A stretch of 64,000 bases of DNA from Candidatus Methanomethylophilaceae archaeon (GTDB lineage Archaea > Thermoplasmatota > Thermoplasmata > Methanomassiliicoccales > Methanomethylophilaceae), in NCBI GenBank assembly GCA_944320495.1, contig CALUHR010000005.1, positions 128,001 through 192,000 of the forward strand. The letters run 5' to 3'. The position numbers were made by a program, and so were the translations under genes. Of the stretch, positions 1 to 8,651 are shown in pieces. The notes beneath the pieces were generated by a model. It ran no database searches, was not told the origin of the DNA, and was given only the letters and a program-made list of their open reading frames with translations. Within the stretch, counting starts at the first letter, position 1; every line of letters begins with the position of its first letter.

Positions 1-47
1 GCGTCCTTCTTGGAGACGACCTTGGGCTTAGCTGCTGCCTTTGCCAT
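1..47 (-). CDS. rps27ae: 30S ribosomal protein S27ae, N-terminal fragment (runs off window)
   Basis: ATG at 47 reads MAKAAAKPKVVSKKDA; assignment rests on conserved position directly downstream of rps24e. Confidence 0.6.
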   Translation of the reverse strand, partial: MAKAAAKPKVVSKKD

Positions 48-52
48 TCGAA

Positions 53-370
53 TCACTCCTCTGCGGGGGCCTCAGGCTCAGCCTTGGGGGCCTCGATTCC
101 GTTCCTCTTGAGAAGGTACTCCCTCTCGAGCTTCAGGGCGTCCTCTTTGGAGTCGTAGACCTTGGCGTATCCCTTGGACATGCCGGTTCCGTAGACGGAC
201 TCCACGGATGCGACGACGACGCAGTCCCTCTTGCTCTTGGTCAGCTTCGCGACCTCCTCGGCCACGGCGTTCCTTCCGGGGGTTGCCTCACCGGTGTGGT
301 CGATGGTGAAGCAGACCTCGGCCCTCTTGTAGAGGGGGTTCTTCTTGTTCTCGATGATCTCCATCTTCAT
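53..370 (-). CDS. rps24e: 30S ribosomal protein S24e
   Basis: MKMEIIENKKNPLYKRAEV...GMSKGYAKVYDS, typical S24e; conserved operon. Confidence 0.95.
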   Translation of the reverse strand: MKMEIIENKKNPLYKRAEVCFTIDHTGEATPGRNAVAEEVAKLTKSKRDCVVVASVESVYGTGMSKGYAKVYDSKEDALKLEREYLLKRNGIEAPKAEPEAPAEE

Positions 371-867
371 TCCATTTCCTCCATTCTGGACAGGAGCTCC
401 TCCGCCCTGCCCCTGGATTCGCCGTTGACGGCGATCTCCATCATGCATCTTCCGGGCATCCCGTACACGATGCGCGACCCCTCTGGGGCCATGACGAGGC
501 ACGGGAGGACCGCCAGGTCCTCCTCCCCGTCCACGCGCACCAGCGCGGTCTCCCCGCCGATGCCCCTGCGCAGAGCCTCGGCCAGTCCGGCCGATATCCT
601 CCCCGCGGGGTTGACGACGTCGATCCGCGGCTCGTCCTCGACGAGCCTCGCGAAGTCCGTCATCTCGCGGCGTTCGGTCAGGCCGTCGTACACCGACAGC
701 ACCGGCCTGGCGCCGCATCTCCTGAGCACGAGGGAGACCACGTCCCCCACGGCTATGTAAGTCGTTTCTCCTGTGGTATCGACGAGGGACTCGGGAAGCT
801 CGGAACCCAGCGGGGACTTGAACGCCTCGCGCTCCGATTCCGGCAGTACCAGATCCCTCTCGAACAT
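367..867 (-). CDS. GTP-dependent dephospho-CoA kinase (DUF359 family)
   Basis: IAVGDVVS, NPAGRIS, VDGEEDLAVLP, VYGMP motifs; lies between spt4 and rps24e. Confidence 0.9.
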   Translation of the reverse strand: MFERDLVLPESEREAFKSPLGSELPESLVDTTGETTYIAVGDVVSLVLRRCGARPVLSVYDGLTERREMTDFARLVEDEPRIDVVNPAGRISAGLAEALRRGIGGETALVRVDGEEDLAVLPCLVMAPEGSRIVYGMPGRCMMEIAVNGESRGRAEELLSRMEEME

Positions 868-872
868 CAGCT

Positions 873-1064
873 TCAGCGCACCTTGAGGGCGTACTTCCCG
901 TTGGACGAGATGCCCATCCTCTTGGCGATCTCGGACTTCTCGAAGTCCGTGACGACGAGGAAACCCTGCCACTCTTTGGAGGTCTGTCCGCCGCAGACGG
1001 GGCACGTGTCGGCCTCGCTCAGGCGGCTGCACTGCTTGCAGGCCCTGTAGTTGGGTCCGGCCAT
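873..1064 (-). CDS. spt4: Transcription elongation factor Spt4 (RpoE'')
   Basis: ACKQC...CPVCG zinc ribbon, WQGFLVV, C-terminal GKYALKVR. Confidence 0.95.
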   Translation of the reverse strand: MAGPNYRACKQCSRLSEADTCPVCGGQTSKEWQGFLVVTDFEKSEIAKRMGISSNGKYALKVR

Positions 1065-1642
1065 CAGGCATCACCCTCGGCCTTGTCCGCGTGCTTCTTG
1101 CTGTCCTCCGCGAGCCACTCCAGCTTGCCGAGCCCGGGCTGGCGCATGGTCAGTCCGATCTTGCTGTCCTGGGGGTTCTTCTCGTTGAGGTCGATGCTGA
1201 CGACCCTGGCCCTGACGATGTCACCGACGGCGAGGAACCTTCCGGTCTCCTTGCCGACGAGCCTCTGGTTTGCCTCGTCGATGTCGACGCGATCGTCCAT
1301 GATCTGGCTCACGTGGAGCAGACCGTCGAGGGGACCGAACCTGACGAATGCGCCGAACTTGAGGATCTCGACGACGACGCCCTCGATGACCTCGTTGTCC
1401 CTCGGCTTGAAGACCACCTGCTCGAACTTCACGGACTGGTACACGGCGCCGTCCCCGTGGACGATGCGTCCGGGACCGACTGCCCTGACGTTCTTGATCA
1501 GGAGTGTGAAGCTCTTGTCGCCCTCCGCGAGGCGTCCCTCGTACGTCTCCCAGGTGAGGTTGTCGACGACCTTGTCGGGATCGTCCCCCAGCTCGGAGGG
1601 AGGGATGCGGATGACCTTCTCGACCTCGTTTAGTATATACAT
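1064..1642 (-). CDS. rpoE1: DNA-directed RNA polymerase subunit E' (Rpo7)
   Basis: IRIPP, IVHGDGAVY, S1 domain FGAFVRFGPLDGLLHVSQI, KIGLTMRQPGLGKLEW. Confidence 0.97.
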   Translation of the reverse strand: MYILNEVEKVIRIPPSELGDDPDKVVDNLTWETYEGRLAEGDKSFTLLIKNVRAVGPGRIVHGDGAVYQSVKFEQVVFKPRDNEVIEGVVVEILKFGAFVRFGPLDGLLHVSQIMDDRVDIDEANQRLVGKETGRFLAVGDIVRARVVSIDLNEKNPQDSKIGLTMRQPGLGKLEWLAEDSKKHADKAEGDA

Positions 1643-1666
1643 GGCGGGTCCTCTCGAATGACCCGA

Positions 1667-2179
1667 CTAACGCGGACTCATATATAACACTAATCGGCCC
1701 CTAATACGCGCATGAGAACGTCGGAAGGGACCCTCTTGGCACCCGCTCCTGACGGCCGCCTCGGAAAGGGGCTCGTCGACCACCGTGTGACCGCACACGA
1801 CGGATGCGATGCGGGGTGCGCCACCGTCATCGAGGTACCCGGGGCCGAACGTAACGACGGGGTTCAGCACATCGCGCTCGGTGGCCTCGGAGGCGTTCCT
1901 GGCGCCCATGTCGCAGCACAGTGCCAGCACGATATCGTATCCATCGGCGGACGCTGCCATCTCCCTCGCCTTGCGCATGAAACAGCACGCCGAGGAGCGG
2001 ACCACGCCGGCAACCTCGATGCCGTCCGACGACAGGCGGGAGGCGAGATCCTCCGCCCTGTCCCTACCGCCGATCCCGCAGAATCTGGCACATGTGTCGC
2101 AGGTCCACACGAGCACCGACCTGCCGCGGAGATCCCCGACCAGGTCGCCGTAGTCCCTGTCGCGCGCCATCACCTGCAT
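1667..2179 (-). CDS. Cys-rich protein resembling the MTHFR C-terminal-domain-associated family
   Basis: CDTCARFCGIGG motif, further Cys pairs, NPVVTFG. Confidence 0.5.
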   Translation of the reverse strand: MQVMARDRDYGDLVGDLRGRSVLVWTCDTCARFCGIGGRDRAEDLASRLSSDGIEVAGVVRSSACCFMRKAREMAASADGYDIVLALCCDMGARNASEATERDVLNPVVTFGPGYLDDGGAPRIASVVCGHTVVDEPLSEAAVRSGCQEGPFRRSHARIRGRLVLYMSPR

Positions 2180-2203
2180 GCTTCGGACATCGCGGCCCCG
2201 GTT

Positions 2204-2764
2204 TTAACAGTCTCGGAACCTCGTCCCGATCTGGAACGCACGGTCCAGGACATCAGGGTCCATCGGCATGTCCAGCGGCATGAACCATGTGCAGTACGAT
2301 ATCCTCCCGACGGACTGGCAGTAGAAGTGCTGCTCCATGATCTTCTCCAGCTCGACGGACACCCTCTCGGCGCTGGTGTCGTCGGCCCCGGCGGTGACGA
2401 TGACGGCCACCTTCTTGCCCTTCGGCATCGCCGAGCAGGAGTTCATGTCCAGGAAGCTGTACAGACGGTCGAAGACGAGCTTGAACAGCCCGTTGGTGTC
2501 GTTGAAGTTGATCGATGTGCAGAGGATCAGGCCCTCGGCATCGCGTATCTCCTCCAGGATCGGGGTGATGTCGTCCTTCAGGACGCAGTGGCACCCGTTG
2601 TTCTTGCATCCTCCGCAGTTCTGGCACTGGCGATAGGACGTCATGTCATTGAGGCGGTGAATGCTTACGGCCTTCCCCACGGACTCCGCTCCCTCGACGG
2701 CTTTCGCCGCTATCATCGAGCCGAACCCGTTGGCGCGCGGACTGGAAATCAGGCATGTGATCAT
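2204..2764 (-). CDS. Flavodoxin-like iron-sulfur flavoprotein / NADPH-dependent FMN reductase
   Basis: SSPRANG, CQNCGGC...CVLKDD, KLVFDRLYS, GKKVAVIVT. Confidence 0.85.
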   Translation of the reverse strand: MITCLISSPRANGFGSMIAAKAVEGAESVGKAVSIHRLNDMTSYRQCQNCGGCKNNGCHCVLKDDITPILEEIRDAEGLILCTSINFNDTNGLFKLVFDRLYSFLDMNSCSAMPKGKKVAVIVTAGADDTSAERVSVELEKIMEQHFYCQSVGRISYCTWFMPLDMPMDPDVLDRAFQIGTRFRDC

Positions 2765-2969
2765 TTCAGACTACCCCTTTTCGGAATCCCCTGCGGCTAC
2801 GATAAAGCCAGCAGTTACAGCCAGGTAATGAGGTGCCGCGTGGGCCGCGGACCACCACTCGACCGCGCCCGGATGCGCCCGGATGCGCCCGTGGCCCGGA
2901 CGTGTAATCTGTACGCCCGACAGCATCGTATTTATGGAAGGGGCATCTAGCGATGCACAGTGAGTCAAT

Positions 2970-3923
2970 ATGACTGCGAAAGACGAGCTTGAACTGATCG
3001 CCGTTGAGGACATCAAAGTGAAGAAGGGGATGACCGTCGAGGAGATGCTCCAGGCCATGGGACGCGCCGGAGGATTCACCGCCCAGAAGCTGGCGGACGC
3101 CACCGACATCGCCGAGGCCATGGTCAAGGACAAGGACTGCCTCAAGATCCTGTCCTTCCCGGCCTGCATCATGGCCACCGGAACCCGCGGCGTCATCGTC
3201 GACATGGTCAAGAACCACATGGTCGACCTCATCATCACCACCTGCGGAACCCTGGACCACGACCTCTCCAGGACCTTCGCCGCCTACTACAAGGGCGACT
3301 TCCAGATGGACGACGCCATGCTGAGGGAGAAGTACGAGATCAGCAGGCTCGGCAACGTCCTGGTCCCCGACGAGTGCTACGGAATCGTCCTCGAGGACGA
3401 GCTCCTGCCCATGTTCGACGAGATCTTCGAGGGAAAGGACTCCATGTCCACCCACGAGATCATCGACGCCGTCGGCGCCAGGCTGGACAACGAGGACTCC
3501 CTCCTGTACCAGTGCCACAAGAACAACGTCCCCATCGTGGTCCCCGGCATCACCGACGGATCCTTCGGATGCCAGCTCTGGATGTACTACCAGACCCACA
3601 GGAAGTTCAGGATCGACCTCTTCGCCGACGAGCAGATGCTCTCCGAGATGACCAACCACGCCGAGAAGACCGGCGCCATCGCCATCGGCGGAGGCATCTC
3701 CAAGCACCACGTCATCTGGTGGAACCAGTTCCGCGGCGGACTGGACTACTGCATCTACCTGACCACTGCCCAGGAGTACGACGGTTCCCTCTCCGGTGCC
3801 CGCATCAGGGAGGCCGTGTCCTGGGGCAAGGTCAGGTCCGGAGCCAAGAAGATGACCGTCGAGGGCGATGCCACCATCCACCTCCCGATTATCTACGCCG
3901 GCCTCGTCGAGAGGCTGCTCTGA
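2970..3923 (+). CDS. dys: Deoxyhypusine synthase
   Basis: GGFTA, MATGTRG, RLGNVLVP, PGITDGSFG, IGGGISKHH, DGSLSGARIREAVSWGK. Confidence 0.97.
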   Translation: MTAKDELELIAVEDIKVKKGMTVEEMLQAMGRAGGFTAQKLADATDIAEAMVKDKDCLKILSFPACIMATGTRGVIVDMVKNHMVDLIITTCGTLDHDLSRTFAAYYKGDFQMDDAMLREKYEISRLGNVLVPDECYGIVLEDELLPMFDEIFEGKDSMSTHEIIDAVGARLDNEDSLLYQCHKNNVPIVVPGITDGSFGCQLWMYYQTHRKFRIDLFADEQMLSEMTNHAEKTGAIAIGGGISKHHVIWWNQFRGGLDYCIYLTTAQEYDGSLSGARIREAVSWGKVRSGAKKMTVEGDATIHLPIIYAGLVERLL

Positions 3924-3924
3924 T

Positions 3925-4914
3925 ATGGAGCGCATACTCTTCCTGCCCGGAGACGGGCAGGGACCCGCCTCCGTCGACGCCGCCATGCGGATAGTCTCCG
4001 CGGTGGACGGCGGCGTGGAGGCGGCGACCGGCGACATCGGCTCGGCCGCCTACGAGAGGTACGGGGCGTCCCTCCCCTACGAGACCCTCGACCTCGTCGG
4101 CGGCTGCCCGGTGATCGTCAGCGGCCCCACCCAGGAATCCATCGACGGCCGCGACCCGCTGGCCGACCTGATGGGCCAGATGGACCTCTACGGACGCCGC
4201 AGGAGGTTCGTCACCCTGGCGGACGGCCTCGGCGTCCCCGGCACCGACGTCACCATCTGGGGCACCAGCGCCAGCGGCCGCGCCGGCATATCCGAGACCA
4301 GGGACGTGGACGGCGTCACCATCTCGAAGCACATAGGCACGGCCGTGTACGCCAGGATCATGGCGGCCGCCATGACCGACATGGAGCTCCGCGGGGCCAG
4401 CAGGGCGGAGTGCATCGCGAGGGAGGACCTCTTCCCGGAGGCAAGCGGCTCCATCTACGAGTCCTTCGACCTCCTCTTCCAGAGGGAGGGCATCGAGTCC
4501 CACCGCTGCAACGTGACGGACTGGGTCCCTCGCTTCGTGTCCAACCCCGCCTCCTTCGGGTTCATCGTGGCCTCCGACCTCTACGCGATCATAGCGGAGA
4601 GATTGGCCGCGTCATTCACGGGGGGCATCTCCATGTCGCCGCTGAAGCTCGTCGGAGGGGACAGCACGCTCATCCTCCCCTGCGGCGAGTCCAGGACGGG
4701 CGACTCCGTGTCCGCCGCCATGACGGCGGTCTACGCCCTGGAGGACATCGGCCACCGCGAGGAGGCCGCGAGGGCCGAGGAGGCGATCCGCCGCGCACTG
4801 GCGGAGGAGCCGGAATCCGGCAGGATAGAGCCCGGGGACTTCGCCGACCTCGTCGTGTCGATGCTCCGACGGGCACGACCCTCAATAGTCATTTTCTATC
4901 GGCTCCCCGATTAA
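3925..4914 (+). CDS. Isocitrate/isopropylmalate dehydrogenase family protein (divergent)
   Basis: N-terminal ILFLPGDGQGP, IVASDLYAII...ASFTGG region; start reassigned to ATG 3925. Confidence 0.7.
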   Translation: MERILFLPGDGQGPASVDAAMRIVSAVDGGVEAATGDIGSAAYERYGASLPYETLDLVGGCPVIVSGPTQESIDGRDPLADLMGQMDLYGRRRRFVTLADGLGVPGTDVTIWGTSASGRAGISETRDVDGVTISKHIGTAVYARIMAAAMTDMELRGASRAECIAREDLFPEASGSIYESFDLLFQREGIESHRCNVTDWVPRFVSNPASFGFIVASDLYAIIAERLAASFTGGISMSPLKLVGGDSTLILPCGESRTGDSVSAAMTAVYALEDIGHREEAARAEEAIRRALAEEPESGRIEPGDFADLVVSMLRRARPSIVIFYRLPD

Positions 4915-4920
4915 GCGGGC

Positions 4921-5964
4921 ATGAAGGATGCTGGACACAGGACGGCCGTCGAGGCCGCCCTGAACTTCGAGGACTGCGGCAGGACTCCGGTCAACAACTT
5001 CGAGGTCGTCACCGCCGCGCGCTACGCCGGCGTCACCGTGGACCAGGCCCGCAGGGACCCGAAACTCTCCGCCCGCGTCGCGGTCGACTACTGCATGAGG
5101 ACCGAGTCCGACTTCGTGAAGCCGGTCCTGGACTCGCAGATCCCCCTGGCGGACATCGGCATGGAGGTCAGGTTCCCGGAGGACGACTACGGCAGCGTCC
5201 CAGGACACCTGGTGGACACCCCCGAGGACATCGACAGGCTGCACATCTTCGACCCGGACAACGCATCGGAGTGCCCCGGCTTCACCACCGTCAGGCAGGC
5301 GCTGACCGAGACCGAGAGCCTCCTGGAGGAGGACCTGCACATCTGCGGGCTCTCCTGGGGCCCTATCACCACCGCCGGCTATCTCATGGGAGCGGAGAAC
5401 ATGATGTTCGCCATGCTGACCGACGAGGACCTCGTCAAGAGCCTCGTGGACAAGGCGTCGGAGCTCGTCTCCGTGATGGAGAGGGCCATGGTCGCCAGCG
5501 GTGCGTCCCTGATGTGGATGGCCGACCCCACGTCGTCCGAGGACCTGATCTCCCCGGAGATGTTCGACACGTTCTCCAAGGCGGGCATCAAGCGCGTGAT
5601 CGACGACGTGAAGCGCGAGTACGACGTGCCGAACTTCGTCCACATCTGCGGCAACACCGTGGACACGATCGCCCACCTCAAGGGGACGGGCGCGGACTGC
5701 CTGAGCTTCGACCACGCCGTCGACCCCGCCAAGGCCAGGAGGGCTGCCGGGAAGGACCTGGCGCTCATGGGCAACGTGGACCCAGTGAAGTACGTCATGC
5801 TAGGGACCCCCGAGCAGGTCGCACAGAAGTCCTACGAGGTCATCGAGGCCGCCGGACGCGAGGGCGGGCTCATCCTCGCCCCCGGATGCGAGACGCCCAT
5901 ATCCAGCCCCTTCGAGAACGTCCTGGCCATGGGACGCGCCGGAAGGGAGTACTGGACCCGCTGA
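4921..5964 (+). CDS. Methylcobamide:CoM methyltransferase MtaA/MtbA-like (uroporphyrinogen decarboxylase superfamily)
   Basis: WGPITTAG, ADPTSSEDLISPEMF, FVHICGN, MGNVDPV, LAPGCE metal-binding motifs. Confidence 0.9.
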   Translation: MKDAGHRTAVEAALNFEDCGRTPVNNFEVVTAARYAGVTVDQARRDPKLSARVAVDYCMRTESDFVKPVLDSQIPLADIGMEVRFPEDDYGSVPGHLVDTPEDIDRLHIFDPDNASECPGFTTVRQALTETESLLEEDLHICGLSWGPITTAGYLMGAENMMFAMLTDEDLVKSLVDKASELVSVMERAMVASGASLMWMADPTSSEDLISPEMFDTFSKAGIKRVIDDVKREYDVPNFVHICGNTVDTIAHLKGTGADCLSFDHAVDPAKARRAAGKDLALMGNVDPVKYVMLGTPEQVAQKSYEVIEAAGREGGLILAPGCETPISSPFENVLAMGRAGREYWTR

Positions 5965-6008
5965 CAATCGAAATCATTTTAAAGGGGGAATATTTCCCCC
6001 GTTTCACT

Positions 6009-6095
6009 GCAAGGGTAGTCAAGCCTGGCCAACGACGCTAGCTTGAGGGGCTAGTCCTTAGTGGTCCGCGAGTTCAAATCTCGTCCCTTGCACCA
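6009..6095 (+). tRNA. tRNA-Leu(GAG)
   Basis: Acceptor stem GCAAGGG/CCCTTGC, anticodon arm CTAGC-TTGAGGG-GCTAG, long variable arm, T-loop GTTCAAATC, encoded ACCA end. Confidence 0.95.
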
Positions 6096-6208
6096 CTTCC
6101 CTTTTTCCGACAGTCTTTGGGAACGCTGGTGAATGTTACGAATCATCCGTCACCGTTTCGACGGATGCACCTGGTCCGAGGAGACCCGTCTCCGCGAAGA
6201 CACCTTCG

Positions 6209-6412
6209 GTGTCCACCGAGGAGGAACTCCTTTTCTGGAGTTCCATCCCGGATGATGATGTCGTCCTCATCGACATCCGCACCTGCCCGCTCACCCTGAG
6301 TGGTGTGATGGACTGGATTGGGGAGGCTGTCAGACGCCTCCCCCGCCACGAGGTCTTCATGGACGGCGACCGCTACGCCGTCGTCGCCCGCCCGAGGAGG
6401 GATGCGGCATGA
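6209..6412 (+). CDS. Hypothetical protein
   Basis: First ORF after tRNA; its stop overlaps the next ATG; start uncertain. Confidence 0.5.
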   Translation: MSTEEELLFWSSIPDDDVVLIDIRTCPLTLSGVMDWIGEAVRRLPRHEVFMDGDRYAVVARPRRDAA

Positions 6413-6816
6413 GCCGTGTGTTCAGCGGTGAGGGTGTCGTCCCCGACTCCGTCCGCATAGGCGGACTGCAGGACGGGCTCGCCGAGTCCATCCTGTCCGT
6501 ATGGAAGGGCTTCGACATGCCCTTTGATCCGGATTTCGACGGGGCCTTTTGGAACTCCGTCCCCGTCGTGCCGTGCGTCGAGGAGGTCTGCAACCTCCCC
6601 GACGGGGACGCTCTCGTCTACCGCGGATGGCAGACCGACGCCTACGGACCGCTAACCGCCGTTTCCGAGCTCTGGTACGTCGCCGACGACGGCACTTGGG
6701 TTCGCGTCCGCGACGTCCGTTCCGAGGCCTTCAGGTCCATCACTCTCATCCTCAGGGAGGCCCAGCGATGGCCCAGAGGTTCGACGTCGGGGACGCCTCC
6801 TATGACGGCCAGATAA
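6409..6816 (+). CDS. Hypothetical protein
   Basis: ATGA overlap, SD-like GGAGG upstream. Confidence 0.6.
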   Translation: MSRVFSGEGVVPDSVRIGGLQDGLAESILSVWKGFDMPFDPDFDGAFWNSVPVVPCVEEVCNLPDGDALVYRGWQTDAYGPLTAVSELWYVADDGTWVRVRDVRSEAFRSITLILREAQRWPRGSTSGTPPMTAR

Positions 6817-7238
6817 TATGCCCCGTCTGCGGGGGATACGTCCCGAGGGGACACATCTTCCGCTATCTCAGGGGCCCTGGGTGCCGCTACGTCGAGCTCA
6901 GCACCTGCCCGTGCGGGACCGAGGTTCTCTGCACCAGGCCGTTCGGCATATACGACTCGGAAGGCAATCCTTCCGAGATTGAATGGGTCTCGGATGACGG
7001 TCATTGGGCGATTCTCGGCGTCGGCCCGACCTCCTACGGCATCGCGGTCGAGATGGAGCACCCTGTCGCCATGATGGAGTATCTCTGGCCGGAGGACGAC
7101 TCCGTCTGCTACGTCTTCATGGACGCCGACGGGAACATGGAGTGGGTAGTCGGCCCCGACGAGGTTGAGATGCCCCAGGACTTCATTGATGAGGTCCGCG
7201 CCCGCCTGGACGCTGTCCGCAGGGAGGTGTCCGCATGA
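6768..7238 (+). CDS. Hypothetical zinc-finger protein
   Basis: CPVCGG ... CPCG; GGAGG upstream. Confidence 0.6.
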   Translation: MAQRFDVGDASYDGQIICPVCGGYVPRGHIFRYLRGPGCRYVELSTCPCGTEVLCTRPFGIYDSEGNPSEIEWVSDDGHWAILGVGPTSYGIAVEMEHPVAMMEYLWPEDDSVCYVFMDADGNMEWVVGPDEVEMPQDFIDEVRARLDAVRREVSA

Positions 7239-7654
7239 TGTCCCCGAAGGACCTGCTCTACGCATCGGCCTTCGCGGACATCGTCCGCCTCTGGCCGAAC
7301 GCCCCCGTGGCGTCCGTCGTGAGATTCCTGGACTCCAACAGGGAGAGGGCTTCGAAGGCCCTCTCCTCCATGGAGGACCCCTTCATGATCCTCACCGTCA
7401 TCGAGACGGAGTACGACGAAGAAGGCAACCTGATCTCCGCCCGTCCCCGCACGGGCGGTGCCGACTGGGCCCGCGCCCGCATCGAGGACCCGGAGACCGT
7501 CGCCCGCGAGAGGAACAACCTCCGCCGCGTCGTAGAGTACTTCGACTGCGTGATGGAGCTCAACGAGCTCACGGGCCTGCTCGAACGTCACAAGTACGGC
7601 AAGGCCGAGAAGTTCATCGCCAGGAGGACCCGCCGATGGCCGTCTCCATCCTGA
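7235..7654 (+). CDS. Hypothetical protein
   Basis: GGAGGTG SD and ATGA overlap. Confidence 0.6.
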   Translation: MMSPKDLLYASAFADIVRLWPNAPVASVVRFLDSNRERASKALSSMEDPFMILTVIETEYDEEGNLISARPRTGGADWARARIEDPETVARERNNLRRVVEYFDCVMELNELTGLLERHKYGKAEKFIARRTRRWPSPS

Positions 7655-8184
7655 GATGCCCCGGCGGCTCCCGCACGGCGGCCGCCATCGCCCGCGCCTG
7701 GGACACGAGGGACCGCGACGACGTCTGCCTCGATGCGGACGTCTGGAAGGTCACCTCCCCCGGATCGAGGATCGCCGTCCTCTCCGAGGCCAACCCCCGC
7801 ATCACCCTCCAGCTGGCCCACCGCACGCAGGAGATGGGGCCGGTGACTGAGCGCTACGTCTCCTTCGTCCTTTGGAGGGAGAATCTCGGCTACCGCGCCG
7901 TGACGGACATCCGCACGTCCGGCGGGGACGTCGTCGTCGAGTACGACGAGTCCCCGGACGTCCCCGTCATCGGGGGGAACGACCTCCCGTCCTACTACGA
8001 GACCCGGATCTCGTCCCCCCGCCCCGACGCCGTCTGCACCACGTCCTACATCGTCTGCTTCGGGTGCGTCGTCACCAGGGCGAAGAACGGATGGAGGGTC
8101 ACCATCAACGGGAACACCATCCCCGTCGACCGCTTCACCGTCTGCGGGGACAGGGTCGTCTTCCACAGGGAGGGGTCGGCATGA
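7636..8184 (+). CDS. Hypothetical protein
   Basis: GGAGG upstream; C-ending codon bias. Confidence 0.6.
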   Translation: MAVSILRCPGGSRTAAAIARAWDTRDRDDVCLDADVWKVTSPGSRIAVLSEANPRITLQLAHRTQEMGPVTERYVSFVLWRENLGYRAVTDIRTSGGDVVVEYDESPDVPVIGGNDLPSYYETRISSPRPDAVCTTSYIVCFGCVVTRAKNGWRVTINGNTIPVDRFTVCGDRVVFHREGSA

Positions 8185-8456
8185 ACGGCACCCGCCGTCC
8201 CATCGCGGACGTCAGGAGGTCCCTCCGCCTTCTCGGGTACGAGGAGGTCACGCTCTACTACTCGAAGTACAGCGACTTCCTCGACTACTACAAGGACGAC
8301 CGTCACGTCGTCCTCAACGCTCACAGCTACCGCTTCAGGGTCTCCGACAGGGAGTCCTCGGCCTTCATCGCCGACGAATGCACCCCGTCCCCGGAGCCGT
8401 GGTACTCTGAGATCGTGGCCGCGCTCTACGCGGAACCGAGGGAGGTATCGGCCTGA
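8181..8456 (+). CDS. Hypothetical protein
   Basis: SD plus ATGA overlap. Confidence 0.6.
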   Translation: MNGTRRPIADVRRSLRLLGYEEVTLYYSKYSDFLDYYKDDRHVVLNAHSYRFRVSDRESSAFIADECTPSPEPWYSEIVAALYAEPREVSA

Positions 8457-8651
8457 ACGGATGCGGCTTCGCAGCATCCGGACCGTCCGATTTCCACGCA
8501 ATTTCTGAACTGGGAGTGACCGAAATGTTTATGAATGAATTCGTAGACAATTTCGTACATAGTTCATCTCAGTTCACGCATCTGGCTGTACCCCATTTCA
8601 GGTCTTTGAGTTCGATTAATGGAACCGACCTGAACCAGGCTGTGTGAGTGC

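Noticed and set aside
2865-2891. GCGCCCGGAT tandem repeat (about 2.7 copies) between the flavoprotein and dys genes
   Set aside because: Short GC-rich intergenic duplication with no supporting context.
4921-5964. Pyrrolysine (TAG) read-through in the methyltransferase or neighbours
   Set aside because: The ORF is complete with no internal TAG; no split methylamine methyltransferase was seen.
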